Below are positions 44,572 through 55,085 of a stretch of 64,000 nucleotides of DNA, piece after piece. The position numbers and the translations under genes were made by a program. The notes beneath the pieces are model-generated. The model did no database searches, was not told the origin of the DNA, and was given only the letters and a program-made list of their open reading frames with translations. This stretch comes from a virus, in the IMG/VR virus record IMGVR_UViG_3300049846_002100, positions 24,942 to 88,941 of that record, one strand, 5' to 3'. Numbering within the stretch: position 1 is the first letter of the stretch; the number at the start of each line of letters is the position of its first letter.

Positions 44572-47500
44572 TCAGTCGATGAAGTAGCTGCCGTCCCCAA
44601 GCGTGTGTTCGAGGATGTACTCCTTGAACTTCTCCGGATTAATCCGAATGCCCATAGCCGGGTCAACGAGGATACTGCCGCTCGGGTCGACAAGACGAAG
44701 GACCGTGCCCCGATCAACGTCCCGAGCCTTCATACAGAGCACACTGATGATGTGCACGGTGTGTTTGCTCAGCTTGTTGATCGCGAACGTCGTGACCTTC
44801 CCGGCAGCGGGAGGGGAAGACGGGCGTGGGGCAGGGGTGTCGCTAATCTGAGGAGTGACGGGCGCCCGTGCCGTCTTTGAAGCTGCCGCCGCGGGCGTTG
44901 CTGCCTCAACCGGCACCGCTGCCGGAGCTTGGGACGAGGTGGTCGTGGGGGTAGGAACCGCCTCGTGCCCGTGCCTCTCCCAACCTGGCTTCACGTGACC
45001 CTCAAGCCACGGCGGAACCCGGTGATAGACCTTGTCGCCGACGCGGATCTCGTGGGGCTCCAGCTTCTCCCCCTCCTTGGGGGGCTGCTTCTTGCCCTCG
45101 GTCATCATGTCCCAGTTGTAGACGCCACCCCACGAGAGCCCTAGGAGAGGCTCCACGATGAGAGGCACCTGCCACCGAGGAGAAAAAGGGGGCCCCGGGA
45201 ACTTCCACGGCGAGGACATGATCTGGCAGATCAGCGGGAGAGCCTCCTCGATCCGGTCATTACGGATCTCGAACACGATTTCGTCGTGCACCGTGAGGAG
45301 CATGCGGACCGAATCATCACCGCCGTTCTTCAGCCACCCGCGCTTGTGCCACTCCTTGTGGCAGAGCACGAGCGCGATCTTCATGATGTCCGCGCCACTG
45401 TTTTTTGTGATCACGCCGTCCGCTTCGAAACGGTGGAGAGGATCCTGCACAGATAGTGTATACGTGACCTCTTCTTGGTCTTTCTCTACTTTGCCCATGA
45501 GCTTCTTGTGCCCATAGATGGGGCTCGGCAAAGTTACGCCGAGGATCGCACACAGGCGCTTGAGCGTGTAAACTGTGACTTTTCCGCCGGTCCTTAACCG
45601 CAAGTAGAGGTTGTAGCTGGACTCGTCCGGGAAGTCCGACCGCCGCCATTGTCCCGCCGCCAACAACTCGTTGACGAGAAATTGCGGAGCAAACATGTCG
45701 AGAAACTTCGGATGCCTTAGATCGGTGCGGCCCTCTACGTGGTGCTCGAACATACGACGATGAATGTCCAAACGGTAGCTTGTGCTGTCCTTTCCGGTCA
45801 CCTCGTCGTGGTACTGGTAGGGACCGCGAATGCAGGACTCCACACCCACCGAACGAAACAACAGCTTCAGGTCTTCAAGGAGAGGACGCTGGCATAGGTG
45901 GATGTTGTATGGGTTACCCTTCGCCGAGACCAACGGGGGCTTGTGGCCATCGGAGTCCATGACCCCACGGAGGAAACTCTTCCGGTTCACAAGTCTCTCG
46001 GAGAGGATGCGTCCCTTCAGACGCTTTGTGTGAGCCGTCGCCCTATCGAATCCTATCTCGGAGAGCCACCGGATTAAGTTCACACTCCATATGTCAAGGA
46101 CGACTCGCTGCGCCTCTTGGCCGCGAGGCGTGTGCTTCACAATCTGCCAACTGGGATTCAACCCAGCCTGAGTCCAGAACCGCGCGCACGCGTCAACGTC
46201 GGCTTGTTCGTGGACACCGAATATAAAACGGATACCCCCACGCGGGTCTATGCACCCGTCACCTACGTACCTCCCCATCCAGTACCAGAACTCCTCCTCC
46301 AATTGAGGACCGAACTGGAAGTAGTTGCTCGCATGCTTGTGATCATAAAAGGCTGGCAGCGGTTTCGTTTCGAATTCCAACGGCTCACACAAAGCTGTCG
46401 CGACCTGCATTCCGGGCTCTAGCTGGTCAAAGTCAACCCACTGCTGACCCTCATCCGTGACGATCATCAACTTGTGTCTTGTATCGCAAGCGATCGAGGT
46501 TCCATCAGACAACGTAACTTCACCGAGGCGGCACTGACCCATCGGGTGAGCAGTAGCCACTGCCCACTTGGATCCCGTCCAAGCCAGAAATGCCTTGTTC
46601 GAAGTAGCCAGATCCCCGATCGATAACCACCCATCCCCAGTTAGAACTTTACTTGCATATTGTAGGCACCCTTGGATTGGATAATTAGTGGAGTGCCGCT
46701 CACACGCCGCTTGGACGCCCTTTTCGGGATGGTCAATATCAGGGATGGCGATCCACCTACCAAAAGCGGTCCACACACCCTTGTGCTTGCGGACGGTCGC
46801 GTGCTGACCCTTGATCCACTTGGCGAAGGTCGGAACGGCCTTGTCGAACGCCTGCTTGCGGCGAGACGCTTCAACCTTGTCGCAACCCGTAGCGCGCATG
46901 ATCGCAGCCGGGCCGCCACCGTAGATGAGCGCGAAGTTGGCAATCTTGCCCATCTTGCGCTGCTCTTTCGTCGGCTTCTCGACGTTGAAGAATGCGCGCG
47001 CGGTGATGCTGTGGAGGTCCCCGTCGCCTTCGAGGAACTCCTTGACCCAGACCATCTCGCCAGAAACGTTCGCAGCGATTCGAAGCTCCTGCCCGGCGTA
47101 GTCACTCTTGACCAGAGTGTAGCCCTCGCGAGCGATGAACCCCTCGCGAAGAGCTGAGGTCGACGGGATACCGTGGATAGGCACCGCGGAGAAGCCTTGA
47201 TCTGCTTCGCCTTGAGGTGCCGAGAAGCGGCCGGTCGCAGCCCCGGTCTCTTTGAAGCCGAAACGCAGCTCTGAATTCTTGTCCGGGTTCGCGACGAGCT
47301 TCTCCAGGTAGGTCCCGATGACCTTGTCTTGCTCACGCCACTCGATGATCCATTTGAGGATGGCCGGCGCGTGCTCCTCTCCGATCTCCTGCACGAGCTG
47401 CTCGATCGAGGAGGCGTCTGTCTTGTACTGGCCTGACGCCTCGTTCTTCTCGGGCTTCGGCTTGATATCCAACCCGCGCTCGCCAAAGAGGAATTCGGAG

Positions 47501-48711
47501 AGGACTGTCGTCTGCCCGGGCTCGAATCCGTGGAAGCCTTTGCTCTCGGCCAGCTCGACGATCTGGGCGCGAATCTCTTCGCGCTTACGGAGGTGTACTT
47601 CGAGAAGCTGTCGGAACTTATCCCGATCGACGCGGACGCGGTTGCGCTCCATGACACGCACGGCCTGGACGCATTGCTTCTCCAGGCGATAGATGAAGCC
47701 TAGGTCCCGAGCGCGGCTTGGGTCCTTTACACGACCGACGACTTCGGGGTGATCACAAAGTAGCCGGGTGCATACTGCATCGGAGCAGGCGTACTTCACT
47801 ACGCCAGGTTCGTCGGGAGCTAGTGCGTCGAACTGAATCTTGCGCCCGTTCGGGAACAGCTCCTTGAGCTTGATCATCTCGTACGGGTTGCCGTCCGGAT
47901 CACGAAGCAGCTCGGGGGCCTTGTACTTGAGGCCAAGACCCTTGTCCTCCGACTTGAGAACGAAGCAGGCAAGCAAGCCGTCCTCGAACGAATCCGGATG
48001 CCACCAATCGATCCCCGTCACTGGGTAAAGAAACTCTTGGTCGAATTTCGCATTCCAGAAATCGATGATGACGCGGGGCTTTTGTTTGAACTCTCTGAAC
48101 GAGAGTATGTCGCTCTGTCCGTCGGCGGCGACAGGCTGCGAGGCCCAGCACAGACGCGAGATGGCAGCTTCCGCCTCGGCCACAGGGAGGTTGAGATCGG
48201 GTCCGCCATCGTTCGGGCGGTGGCGGACCGGCGCGTAGTAGCCGAACTTGGCGTTGCCGGGGGAGATACAGAAACCAACGATCTGGTGAACGGTTCGGAG
48301 CTTGCCGTTCTCATCACGCTCCGACCGGCTATCCAGACCCTGAGTCTCAAGGTCGAGAGAGCACCTGCCTGCCGCGATGCACTCGTCGATGAGTTTCTCA
48401 AGCTCATCGATGGAAGACACGAGCTTGAACGTGTGGTGCTTCATCCACGGCTTGGTGATGTCGGGCACCTCACGCTGCACCTGAATCCCGGTGCTGGCCA
48501 TGAACGTGTTCGGGTCGTCGCCACCATCGGGCGGCGGCGCCATGGTCGTCGAAGCCGCAACTTGCGGGACCGCTTGAAGGTCCGGAAGGTCGTCGGTCTC
48601 CGCCGGGGGCAGAGAAGGCGTTGCCGGGGCGGGTGCTCCCTCCGGCTTCTGCGCGGCTTCGGTTGCGTCGAGAAGGGCATCGAAGTCGAAGTCGTCGTTC
48701 GTGTCGCTCAC
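44572..48711 (-). CDS. polA: Family A DNA polymerase with 3'-5' exonuclease and one intein
   Basis: SLDLETQG, WNAKFD, YACSDA, ATGRFS, DYAGQELR, RKMGKIANFALIYG, NYPIQG/SGADIMK, TVHDEIV; GGAGGA SD before GTG 48711. Confidence 0.93.
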   Translation of the reverse strand: MSDTNDDFDFDALLDATEAAQKPEGAPAPATPSLPPAETDDLPDLQAVPQVAASTTMAPPPDGGDDPNTFMASTGIQVQREVPDITKPWMKHHTFKLVSSIDELEKLIDECIAAGRCSLDLETQGLDSRSERDENGKLRTVHQIVGFCISPGNAKFGYYAPVRHRPNDGGPDLNLPVAEAEAAISRLCWASQPVAADGQSDILSFREFKQKPRVIIDFWNAKFDQEFLYPVTGIDWWHPDSFEDGLLACFVLKSEDKGLGLKYKAPELLRDPDGNPYEMIKLKELFPNGRKIQFDALAPDEPGVVKYACSDAVCTRLLCDHPEVVGRVKDPSRARDLGFIYRLEKQCVQAVRVMERNRVRVDRDKFRQLLEVHLRKREEIRAQIVELAESKGFHGFEPGQTTVLSEFLFGERGLDIKPKPEKNEASGQYKTDASSIEQLVQEIGEEHAPAILKWIIEWREQDKVIGTYLEKLVANPDKNSELRFGFKETGAATGRFSAPQGEADQGFSAVPIHGIPSTSALREGFIAREGYTLVKSDYAGQELRIAANVSGEMVWVKEFLEGDGDLHSITARAFFNVEKPTKEQRKMGKIANFALIYGGGPAAIMRATGCDKVEASRRKQAFDKAVPTFAKWIKGQHATVRKHKGVWTAFGRWIAIPDIDHPEKGVQAACERHSTNYPIQGCLQYASKVLTGDGWLSIGDLATSNKAFLAWTGSKWAVATAHPMGQCRLGEVTLSDGTSIACDTRHKLMIVTDEGQQWVDFDQLEPGMQVATALCEPLEFETKPLPAFYDHKHASNYFQFGPQLEEEFWYWMGRYVGDGCIDPRGGIRFIFGVHEQADVDACARFWTQAGLNPSWQIVKHTPRGQEAQRVVLDIWSVNLIRWLSEIGFDRATAHTKRLKGRILSERLVNRKSFLRGVMDSDGHKPPLVSAKGNPYNIHLCQRPLLEDLKLLFRSVGVESCIRGPYQYHDEVTGKDSTSYRLDIHRRMFEHHVEGRTDLRHPKFLDMFAPQFLVNELLAAGQWRRSDFPDESSYNLYLRLRTGGKVTVYTLKRLCAILGVTLPSPIYGHKKLMGKVEKDQEEVTYTLSVQDPLHRFEADGVITKNSGADIMKIALVLCHKEWHKRGWLKNGGDDSVRMLLTVHDEIVFEIRNDRIEEALPLICQIMSSPWKFPGPPFSPRWQVPLIVEPLLGLSWGGVYNWDMMTEGKKQPPKEGEKLEPHEIRVGDKVYHRVPPWLEGHVKPGWERHGHEAVPTPTTTSSQAPAAVPVEAATPAAAASKTARAPVTPQISDTPAPRPSSPPAAGKVTTFAINKLSKHTVHIISVLCMKARDVDRGTVLRLVDPSGSILVDPAMGIRINPEKFKEYILEHTLGDGSYFID
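45400..46668 (-). mobile_element. Intein (423 aa, ends Lys-Asn) with LAGLIDADG endonuclease in the DNA polymerase
   Basis: PIQG|CLQYASKV...GVITKN|SGADIMK; MGRYVGDG and FLRGVMDSDG. Confidence 0.9.
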
Positions 48712-49136
48712 GGATCCTCCCGTACGAGGCAGACGTATACACCTTCGCGCCAAAGAGCGATGGCTTCTGAAACTAACCTGCGAGCTTCGCCTTCCAGCCC
48801 GTCCGGCTCGTAGCACCACGGCATCTTCTTCGCCGTCGGCTTGCAGGCAACCTTGTCAAACGAAGGGCAGTCCTTCCTAATCGCGCAGTCGCGAGAGATA
48901 ACAGGCAACTTCCTCAGGCAGCCCTCGGGTGGAGGGCCCAGCGCATCGACCAAGGGTTTGGTCCAGCCGTGTAGCGCGTGGTCCATCATGGTCTTGGACA
49001 CGCGAGTAGCGGCCTCAAGCGCCGGGACATCCTGCGCGGGCCGCCACGTTGCCTCCCACGTGCCCCCGACATCGTAGATCAGGAATAACTCGATTCGACC
49101 TAGCTCGGCCGTATCCAGCTTCAAACGTCTGGGCAT
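48708..49136 (-). CDS. Cys-rich hypothetical protein
   Basis: C..C..C..C..WC cluster; GTGA overlap with the polymerase start. Confidence 0.6.
   Translation of the reverse strand: MPRRLKLDTAELGRIELFLIYDVGGTWEATWRPAQDVPALEAATRVSKTMMDHALHGWTKPLVDALGPPPEGCLRKLPVISRDCAIRKDCPSFDKVACKPTAKKMPWCYEPDGLEGEARRLVSEAIALWREGVYVCLVREDP
48738..48743 (-). promoter_or_regulatory. GGTGTA motif upstream of the DNA polymerase
   Basis: AAGGTGTATAC, 26 nt before GTG 48711. Confidence 0.6.
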
Positions 49137-49780
49137 CCTGAACCCCGCTCTTTCTCCCCGATCTTGTCGAGGAGCTTCCGAATCCTGCGGGTAGCTTCCT
49201 TCGCGTCGACCGCTCCGTTGGAGAACGCGAAGTACGTCTGGTCCAACAGAGAGCCGATGGTCAGGAAGGCGCGCATATCGAAGGACGCCTTGGCGTGCTT
49301 CAAGCGGCGATCGCACACGCCTAGAAGCTCAATGACCTCATCGTAGGCCGCTTTGGCTTCCATCTGGCGTTCCATCTCGGCGGTCCGAGCGAGGTTGGGC
49401 GCCTCGGGCGGGAGAATGCCGTACGCCTTCTCCATCTCACGAAGCAGACCCGTGAACCGACCGTCGTGCCCCGAGAACTGCTTCCAGAGCCCGATGCAGT
49501 CCCAGTTCTTCTGGCAGACAAAACACCACACGTGTGAGGGGCCCTTCGGGCTCTCGGGGTAGACGCGGGCCGACGGTCGATTGTCCTTCCCGTGGAAGGG
49601 ACATGAAAACTGCTCGGTGCGGTCACCAGAGTGCCGTAGCTTGACCCCGAAGCGCCGAAGAACATCGTGAGCCGTGACCCGATCCCGGAGCGCACGAACA
49701 CGCTCTTGGACCCAGAGCTTGATAGCATCGCTCTGTTCCGACTCCTTTCGCGCCTCGGACTCGAAGTCGCGGGTGCTCAT
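49121..49780 (-). CDS. Primase-type CHC2 zinc-finger protein lacking a TOPRIM domain
   Basis: CPFHGKDNRPSARVY...WCFVC...D.I; only 219 aa. Confidence 0.8.
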   Translation of the reverse strand: MSTRDFESEARKESEQSDAIKLWVQERVRALRDRVTAHDVLRRFGVKLRHSGDRTEQFSCPFHGKDNRPSARVYPESPKGPSHVWCFVCQKNWDCIGLWKQFSGHDGRFTGLLREMEKAYGILPPEAPNLARTAEMERQMEAKAAYDEVIELLGVCDRRLKHAKASFDMRAFLTIGSLLDQTYFAFSNGAVDAKEATRRIRKLLDKIGEKERGSGCPDV

Positions 49781-49784
49781 GACA

Positions 49785-52700
49785 TCAAACGTTCATCATC
49801 ATGCGGAGCGCTTCTTGATGGTCTTCCACCGCCATCCCACGTCCGCCCGCGGAGTTGATGGCGTTCATGTTGGAGATACGCCGAGACGTGAAGTTCACCG
49901 AGGCCACGAACGGCTCGAACAAGGGGTTGTCTCGGTTTTTCAGGTTGCAGAAAACCGTCGTCCCGTTCCGCCGGTGGTCATCGTTGAGATAGGTTGTCGT
50001 GATGATGTCCGCCGACTTCTCACAATTGTGAGAGAGAAGTCCGGCTGTCGCGTATTCGTGGTCACCCGACACTTCGAGGTCATACACTCGCGCCGTACCC
50101 CAATCCGCAAGAACCATAACACGTTGTGGTTTGGTTGTTTCATGAAGATAACGAAGCGTATCCAGATCGTTACTTTTGGACCTACGCAGTGTTTGCAACA
50201 TGGCAGCTACAGCCCCATCACTGACGAGGCTGTCTTTTCGTGTTGCTAGCTTGGCCAAAGCACTCAACACTTTTCGAGGAAATACATAAGTACCTTTGTA
50301 CTCGTTGTAGATAGCCGAGAACAACGATCCCACGGGCCAGTTAGTTCGATCACCAGCCTTTTCGGACGTATGTGCGGCTGCAATGGATGTCATCAACTTC
50401 GCTTGCTTCGCCTTTTCGGTAAAACCGATGAGGGCCGCGAAGCGCTTGCGGCTAGATCGCGATCGAACACGCAGGATCCATCGATCATACTCACGGCCGT
50501 TCAATGATGTAGTACCATAGGTGAGTGTTGTGTCGATACCGAGATCAGTCATTAGTAGCTGTGTTTGCCGTAGCGTTGATTCGTGAACGCCCTTGAGGCC
50601 CAACGCAAGAATTCCTTGGTTGTTAATCGAACCATCCGTGTCCCAAAGACCTCTTAGAAATGCTAGAACACAGTCACGAGGTGCTTCTAGGATGCACGGT
50701 GGTAAACCAGGCTGCCGGTTGACACCTAGTTGTTCAAACCAACGATGCAGAGCCTTGCTGCTTTTGCGCATATCGAAGCTACCCGATCGAGAAGGTGACT
50801 TCGACAAGGTGATGTCCTGTGAAAAACAGGTTACGAATGAAGATAGAAGACGGCCCATGACGGCCAACTCCTTACGATTCCCAGTGAATCCGATCGTGTC
50901 AGGCTCAAATGTGCCGTCACCAACGTGGGCCCCGAACAGGTAGGCAAGATCCGTCGTGAGATGTCCCGGCGAGGTTAGCGCAACACCCTTCATACCGGTA
51001 GGCTTCTCCCATTTGTGGAAGTCAAGTGTCGGCAACACAGGCGGCTTGTTCGGGAAGGGGCGCGTTCCGAAATCGCATAGCAAATAGTCTGAAAGGGTCA
51101 GGTCTTGAACGTGTTTCCAACTGACAACACCATCGTTGAGGATTCGAACGCGGTGGTTCCCAGTTACTTGGACGCGTACGCCCCGATCCGTCCAGAGATC
51201 GAAAACATGGCGAATACCATTATCGAACCGCGTGAGGACATCCTTCCATCCCGTGCGACTCCACACATGATCTCCAGGACCAACAGATTCAATTGTACGC
51301 AGCCCAGACGATGTCTTGACCAAGGTACCTTCGGCCAAGCACTCGTTCGCGTATGTGAGGGCGTTCATCTTGTAGCGACCCTCGTTCTTGTTCGCCTCTT
51401 CCTTACCCTGGCGGTTGATTTGAAAGAGCATGAGAACAGGAATACCCTCACCTTGGTTGAAGTGGAGGGCGAGCTTCTTCGCATCTCGGATGATCGAGTT
51501 CAGCTCGACGACGTAGTCCTTCGACCGCTTCTTCTTGCGGGCCTCGATGAGCTGACCGTGGTCGAGAACGATGAGGCCGATCTCCATCCGCTTGTGGAGA
51601 AGCTCGGCTTCTAAGCGAATGTCGTCGATCGTGATGTCACGATCGGGGGACCACACCTGGAACGCTCCGTAGTCGGGGTTCCTCTGGAAGTCCTTGATCA
51701 CGTCCTGAAGGAACACCTCCTCCTTCGGGTCGAGCTGCCCGTCACGGAACTTGCGGTAGTCGAGGCCAGCAGCATGTCCACCGTTCTCGTCGAGCCGCCA
51801 TCGGGAGTTTGCCGAATGCATCGTGTACGCGACGCGCCGGAGTTGCCGGTAAGGCATCTCGAAGCTGCCGTACATCACGTTCGAGCGGTACCTGGTAACG
51901 AGGTTGTAGCACCAGTTCATGGCGAACATGGTATTGTGCGTCACAATATCGTTCGCGACAAATGTGTGATGTCCAGGAACGGACAGATCGTAGGTCATCT
52001 CCTTCCCACGGAGCATGATACCCTCGACTTGTTCCCAGGAGAGGTCACCGTCGAGGACCTTTCGCACTTCGGAGTTCGGTAGAAACAAAGCTATGGTATC
52101 GGCTTGAGCTGAGGTTCTACACTTCGTCGTGTTCGCGTAGCGCCAGCGCTCCACACCATTCGCTCCCTGCCACCGGATCTTCATCCCGGAAGGAATGAAG
52201 TCAGTAGGGAACACGCGGTTATCGGTATAAGGTAGACGTGAGGCGAGCGTTGCGAACAAATCCTCCTTACCGATGACGTGGATTTTCTCGACGAACCTGC
52301 GCTTCGACGGATTTGTCACGACCCGAACGGTGTGGAATGTATAAGGCTTACCCTTGTACGTAGTGTCCACCCTCGTCACTGACGACTGAATGCCGAGACG
52401 CAAGAGGAGGGATTGGATATCCTTGCACAGGTCGCGGCTGGTAGATGTATAGGTGATGTCGTTTCTCTTGCAGAACGAGTCCCGTTCAACACGCTCGTGA
52501 TCTCCCGTGTGACAGGAACCGTCAGTTGACCAGAGAGCCCCCAGAAAAAGAGCGATCTGCTCGTCAGGAAGCCCAAAGAAGTCCCACGGCACGTGTTTGT
52601 CAGCCGCTAGACTTCCGAACAGCCCCGTATCTTCGAGCAGGACGCGTAACAGCGAGGTCATCTCGCTGTTACCGTTCCCGAAGCTACGGCTCACCCAAAC

Positions 52701-53873
52701 AAAGGGTGCCCGGTCTGATGGGAATACCTCACGGAACGTAGGTGTTTCGTAATCTGCCGCTCCTTCGACGAGTCCGAGGTCTCGAAGGCACTCCTTGAAG
52801 TCCTCGCGGATCAGATCGTTTGAAGCTGTGAACGTAAGATCGAGCCCGATCGACCCGTCCCCCAGCAGGTACCCAAGGACCTTGACCTCGGCGTCCGTAT
52901 AAAAACGTTCAGGGACACTTGCCTGCATGATCGCAGGAACGGCAACCCAATCCCCAGGGCGCAATTCGTCGAGCTGTCTCCAGCCCGCGGGCGTGAAGAA
53001 CTTGTGGTTCCCGGTAGCTCCAATGCTGCGCCCCGAGGTGAGAGTCAGATCGTAGACCTCTCGCACGCCGTTCTCGACGAGGTGTGACGTTTCCGCCCGG
53101 ACAAGCCGATGCGTCTCCCCCTCGCGATCGAGAGCTGTGACGATTGGAAGCTCTCCGCTCTCGTACAGCTCGTGGATCGTCCTTCGCCTGTTCGTCCGGT
53201 GATCGAAGATCGTGGCATCGCCGCTTAAGCACTTCAGCTCACCTGGGTAAGCGGCGTGGACCCAAAGCTCGCCCTTCTTGGCACCGTGGCAGACCTTGTC
53301 GATCTCCTGTAGGCCGGTGAACTTACCCCAGACCTTGTCCTTGTTGAGCTTGGCTTCTTCGTACTCGTTCCAGACGAGCTGCCCGTCATCACGGATGTCG
53401 CCGAACGTCTGAGCGTTGTAGTCCGTAAGGATCAGATCATTCGCTTTGGCAGCGAAGTGTTGGAGGCCATCGCGGATCCCTTGCTTCCGCTCCCCCTCGA
53501 TCTCCAACCCCTTGGTGATGATCTCCTGAGACTCTTTGAGGAGCGCCACCGCTCGGATGCGGTGCTGCTCGTCGAGCGCATTTTCCAAGAGGTGTTTGAA
53601 GTTGGAGCGGTAGAAGACAGGCACCGACTCCAGGTCTTTGATGCGCTCAACGACCTCGGTGTCCTTGAGGCGCTCGAAGTAATCTGCGATCGTCGCCGCC
53701 GCGGGCACTTCCAAGCGCTGTTGGAAGTACGTGACAACGAACTGAAAGAGCCGTTGGTCATCCCCCCGGTTCCACTCATACTTCGACGAGATGAGCCGCT
53801 GAAGGTTGAGGATCAGGTTCTCCTGCGAGACCGACGACTCGAAGTCGATGATATTGCGAAGAAGCTGCTTCAT
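49785..53873 (-). CDS. dnaB: DnaB-like replicative helicase with two inteins
   Basis: TGLQEID, AAYPGELK/T, SFEM, LIVLDH, QINRQG, E/CEKSADII, KNRD. Confidence 0.88.
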   Translation of the reverse strand: MKQLLRNIIDFESSVSQENLILNLQRLISSKYEWNRGDDQRLFQFVVTYFQQRLEVPAAATIADYFERLKDTEVVERIKDLESVPVFYRSNFKHLLENALDEQHRIRAVALLKESQEIITKGLEIEGERKQGIRDGLQHFAAKANDLILTDYNAQTFGDIRDDGQLVWNEYEEAKLNKDKVWGKFTGLQEIDKVCHGAKKGELWVHAAYPGELKCLSGDATIFDHRTNRRRTIHELYESGELPIVTALDREGETHRLVRAETSHLVENGVREVYDLTLTSGRSIGATGNHKFFTPAGWRQLDELRPGDWVAVPAIMQASVPERFYTDAEVKVLGYLLGDGSIGLDLTFTASNDLIREDFKECLRDLGLVEGAADYETPTFREVFPSDRAPFVWVSRSFGNGNSEMTSLLRVLLEDTGLFGSLAADKHVPWDFFGLPDEQIALFLGALWSTDGSCHTGDHERVERDSFCKRNDITYTSTSRDLCKDIQSLLLRLGIQSSVTRVDTTYKGKPYTFHTVRVVTNPSKRRFVEKIHVIGKEDLFATLASRLPYTDNRVFPTDFIPSGMKIRWQGANGVERWRYANTTKCRTSAQADTIALFLPNSEVRKVLDGDLSWEQVEGIMLRGKEMTYDLSVPGHHTFVANDIVTHNTMFAMNWCYNLVTRYRSNVMYGSFEMPYRQLRRVAYTMHSANSRWRLDENGGHAAGLDYRKFRDGQLDPKEEVFLQDVIKDFQRNPDYGAFQVWSPDRDITIDDIRLEAELLHKRMEIGLIVLDHGQLIEARKKKRSKDYVVELNSIIRDAKKLALHFNQGEGIPVLMLFQINRQGKEEANKNEGRYKMNALTYANECLAEGTLVKTSSGLRTIESVGPGDHVWSRTGWKDVLTRFDNGIRHVFDLWTDRGVRVQVTGNHRVRILNDGVVSWKHVQDLTLSDYLLCDFGTRPFPNKPPVLPTLDFHKWEKPTGMKGVALTSPGHLTTDLAYLFGAHVGDGTFEPDTIGFTGNRKELAVMGRLLSSFVTCFSQDITLSKSPSRSGSFDMRKSSKALHRWFEQLGVNRQPGLPPCILEAPRDCVLAFLRGLWDTDGSINNQGILALGLKGVHESTLRQTQLLMTDLGIDTTLTYGTTSLNGREYDRWILRVRSRSSRKRFAALIGFTEKAKQAKLMTSIAAAHTSEKAGDRTNWPVGSLFSAIYNEYKGTYVFPRKVLSALAKLATRKDSLVSDGAVAAMLQTLRRSKSNDLDTLRYLHETTKPQRVMVLADWGTARVYDLEVSGDHEYATAGLLSHNCEKSADIITTTYLNDDHRRNGTTVFCNLKNRDNPLFEPFVASVNFTSRRISNMNAINSAGGRGMAVEDHQEALRMMMNV
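50025..51341 (-). mobile_element. Intein (439 aa) with LAGLIDADG endonuclease, DnaB site 2
   Basis: YANE|CLAEGTLV...GLLSHN|CEKSAD; FGAHVGDG and FLRGLWDTDG. Confidence 0.92.
51933..53231 (-). mobile_element. Intein (433 aa) with LAGLIDADG endonuclease in the DnaB P-loop
   Basis: PGELK|CLSGDATI...DIVTHN|TMFAMN; LGYLLGDG and FLGALWSTDG. Confidence 0.92.
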
Positions 53874-54748
53874 CCGCCCCTCCCCGGCCGCCCCTTCTTA
53901 AAGGGTTTCTTTCGGTCGGACCCGAGTGACCCGAGATCAAGTGAAGAGCTTGAGAAGTCCAGAGTTTCACGCGCCCTCGAAGGAGGCACGGGAGGTCCCT
54001 TCTTTTGTCCTGGCATCTCGACTTCCGGCTCGACGACCTCAGGTGCTGCTGAGTCGTCGACCTCCATTGATGCGACAGGGGTGGGCTTGCCATACGCCTG
54101 CGGCCCCACTGCTTCGAGCCGCGATTCGTCGAGATCCGATAGCTTCACCACCTCGAATCGACCGGACCCCAGGATGTAATCGTAGGTGTCCTCGCTGTAC
54201 GCGAAGTGGCCCGGAACATACGGGGCTTGGGGGGACTCAACGATCCAGGTTGGCTTGAGCGCGACCTCGCGAAGCATGAGCGATTCTTTGAGGACGCCTG
54301 GCATCGCGATGTTCTTGTGCCCGAGATGCCCGAGGCGGATGATGATCAGCTCCAAGTCCTCGCCCACGAGGTCGTTCAAGGAGTTGTAGGTGACAAGGTC
54401 GTCACGCTTGCTTCGGGCACGAGAGAGGTAACTCTCGGCACCAACGTAGATCGTCTTGAGCCGCTCATCGGTGAGGACCCTGAACCGGAACATCGGCCCT
54501 TTGCAACCTAGAGCCCACTTCAAGTGGGGCAGAAGGTCGGTCCAGTACGCCTTGATGAAGAGGTTCTTGGTCGTAAAGTCCTCCCCGTTAGGGTCGAAAA
54601 AAGGGCTCCGGTCGAGAAGCGTGGCGCCCGCAATCTCAGGGCCCAAATGAGCCTTGAGAGCCCGTGCATACGCGCAGACGCATTGCTCGACGTTCATGTC
54701 GTCAATGGGGATCTTCCCCGTGTCACCACACTTCTCGCAGACCGGCAT
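53870..54748 (-). CDS. Putative helicase-loader-like protein (zinc finger plus degenerate ATPase fold)
   Basis: CEKCGDTG...CVC N-terminus like DnaC/DnaI loaders; directly upstream of DnaB; no intact Walker A. Confidence 0.5.
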   Translation of the reverse strand: MPVCEKCGDTGKIPIDDMNVEQCVCAYARALKAHLGPEIAGATLLDRSPFFDPNGEDFTTKNLFIKAYWTDLLPHLKWALGCKGPMFRFRVLTDERLKTIYVGAESYLSRARSKRDDLVTYNSLNDLVGEDLELIIIRLGHLGHKNIAMPGVLKESLMLREVALKPTWIVESPQAPYVPGHFAYSEDTYDYILGSGRFEVVKLSDLDESRLEAVGPQAYGKPTPVASMEVDDSAAPEVVEPEVEMPGQKKGPPVPPSRARETLDFSSSSLDLGSLGSDRKKPFKKGRPGRGG

Positions 54749-54763
54749 GGGCTTACCCTCCGT

Positions 54764-54769
54764 TACACC
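54764..54769 (-). promoter_or_regulatory. GGTGTA motif upstream of the loader/DnaB operon
   Basis: TCGGTGTAACGGAGG, 15 nt before ATG 54748. Confidence 0.7.
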
Positions 54770-54773
54770 GAGA

Positions 54774-55085
54774 TCAGGAACGAGTATGGGATAGCGTGTT
54801 TTCAGCCTCGTCGCCGTCTGCGTCGACCCACTCGATCGCAGCCACCGCCAGGGCGGCCACGATCACCATCTCGTGCCGGAATCGCCTCGCCGTCCAAGGC
54901 CAGTGCACTGCCTGTCCCACGTGCTTCGTGATCAGAGCGATCCAGTCGTTCGGCCCGTTGTGTTTGTCGTGTTCTGGGTTGTCCCAAATGCGGTTCTGAC
55001 GCCGCCTCTCTTCGCGGATCTCGGCGAAGATGCCGTCTTGATTGCGCGACCCGCTCCGCTGGTTTCGCTCGTTGTGGGCGGTCAT
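54774..55085 (-). CDS. MazG-like all-alpha small protein
   Basis: IREERRRQ..W...W..LI....G......E...VAALAVAAIE. Confidence 0.55.
   Translation of the reverse strand: MTAHNERNQRSGSRNQDGIFAEIREERRRQNRIWDNPEHDKHNGPNDWIALITKHVGQAVHWPWTARRFRHEMVIVAALAVAAIEWVDADGDEAENTLSHTRS

Noticed and set aside
6015-48813. Long antisense ORFs (e.g. 6015-7043, 41916-43124, 47998-48813)
   Set aside because: They shadow well-supported genes, have no motifs, and are expected in high-GC DNA.
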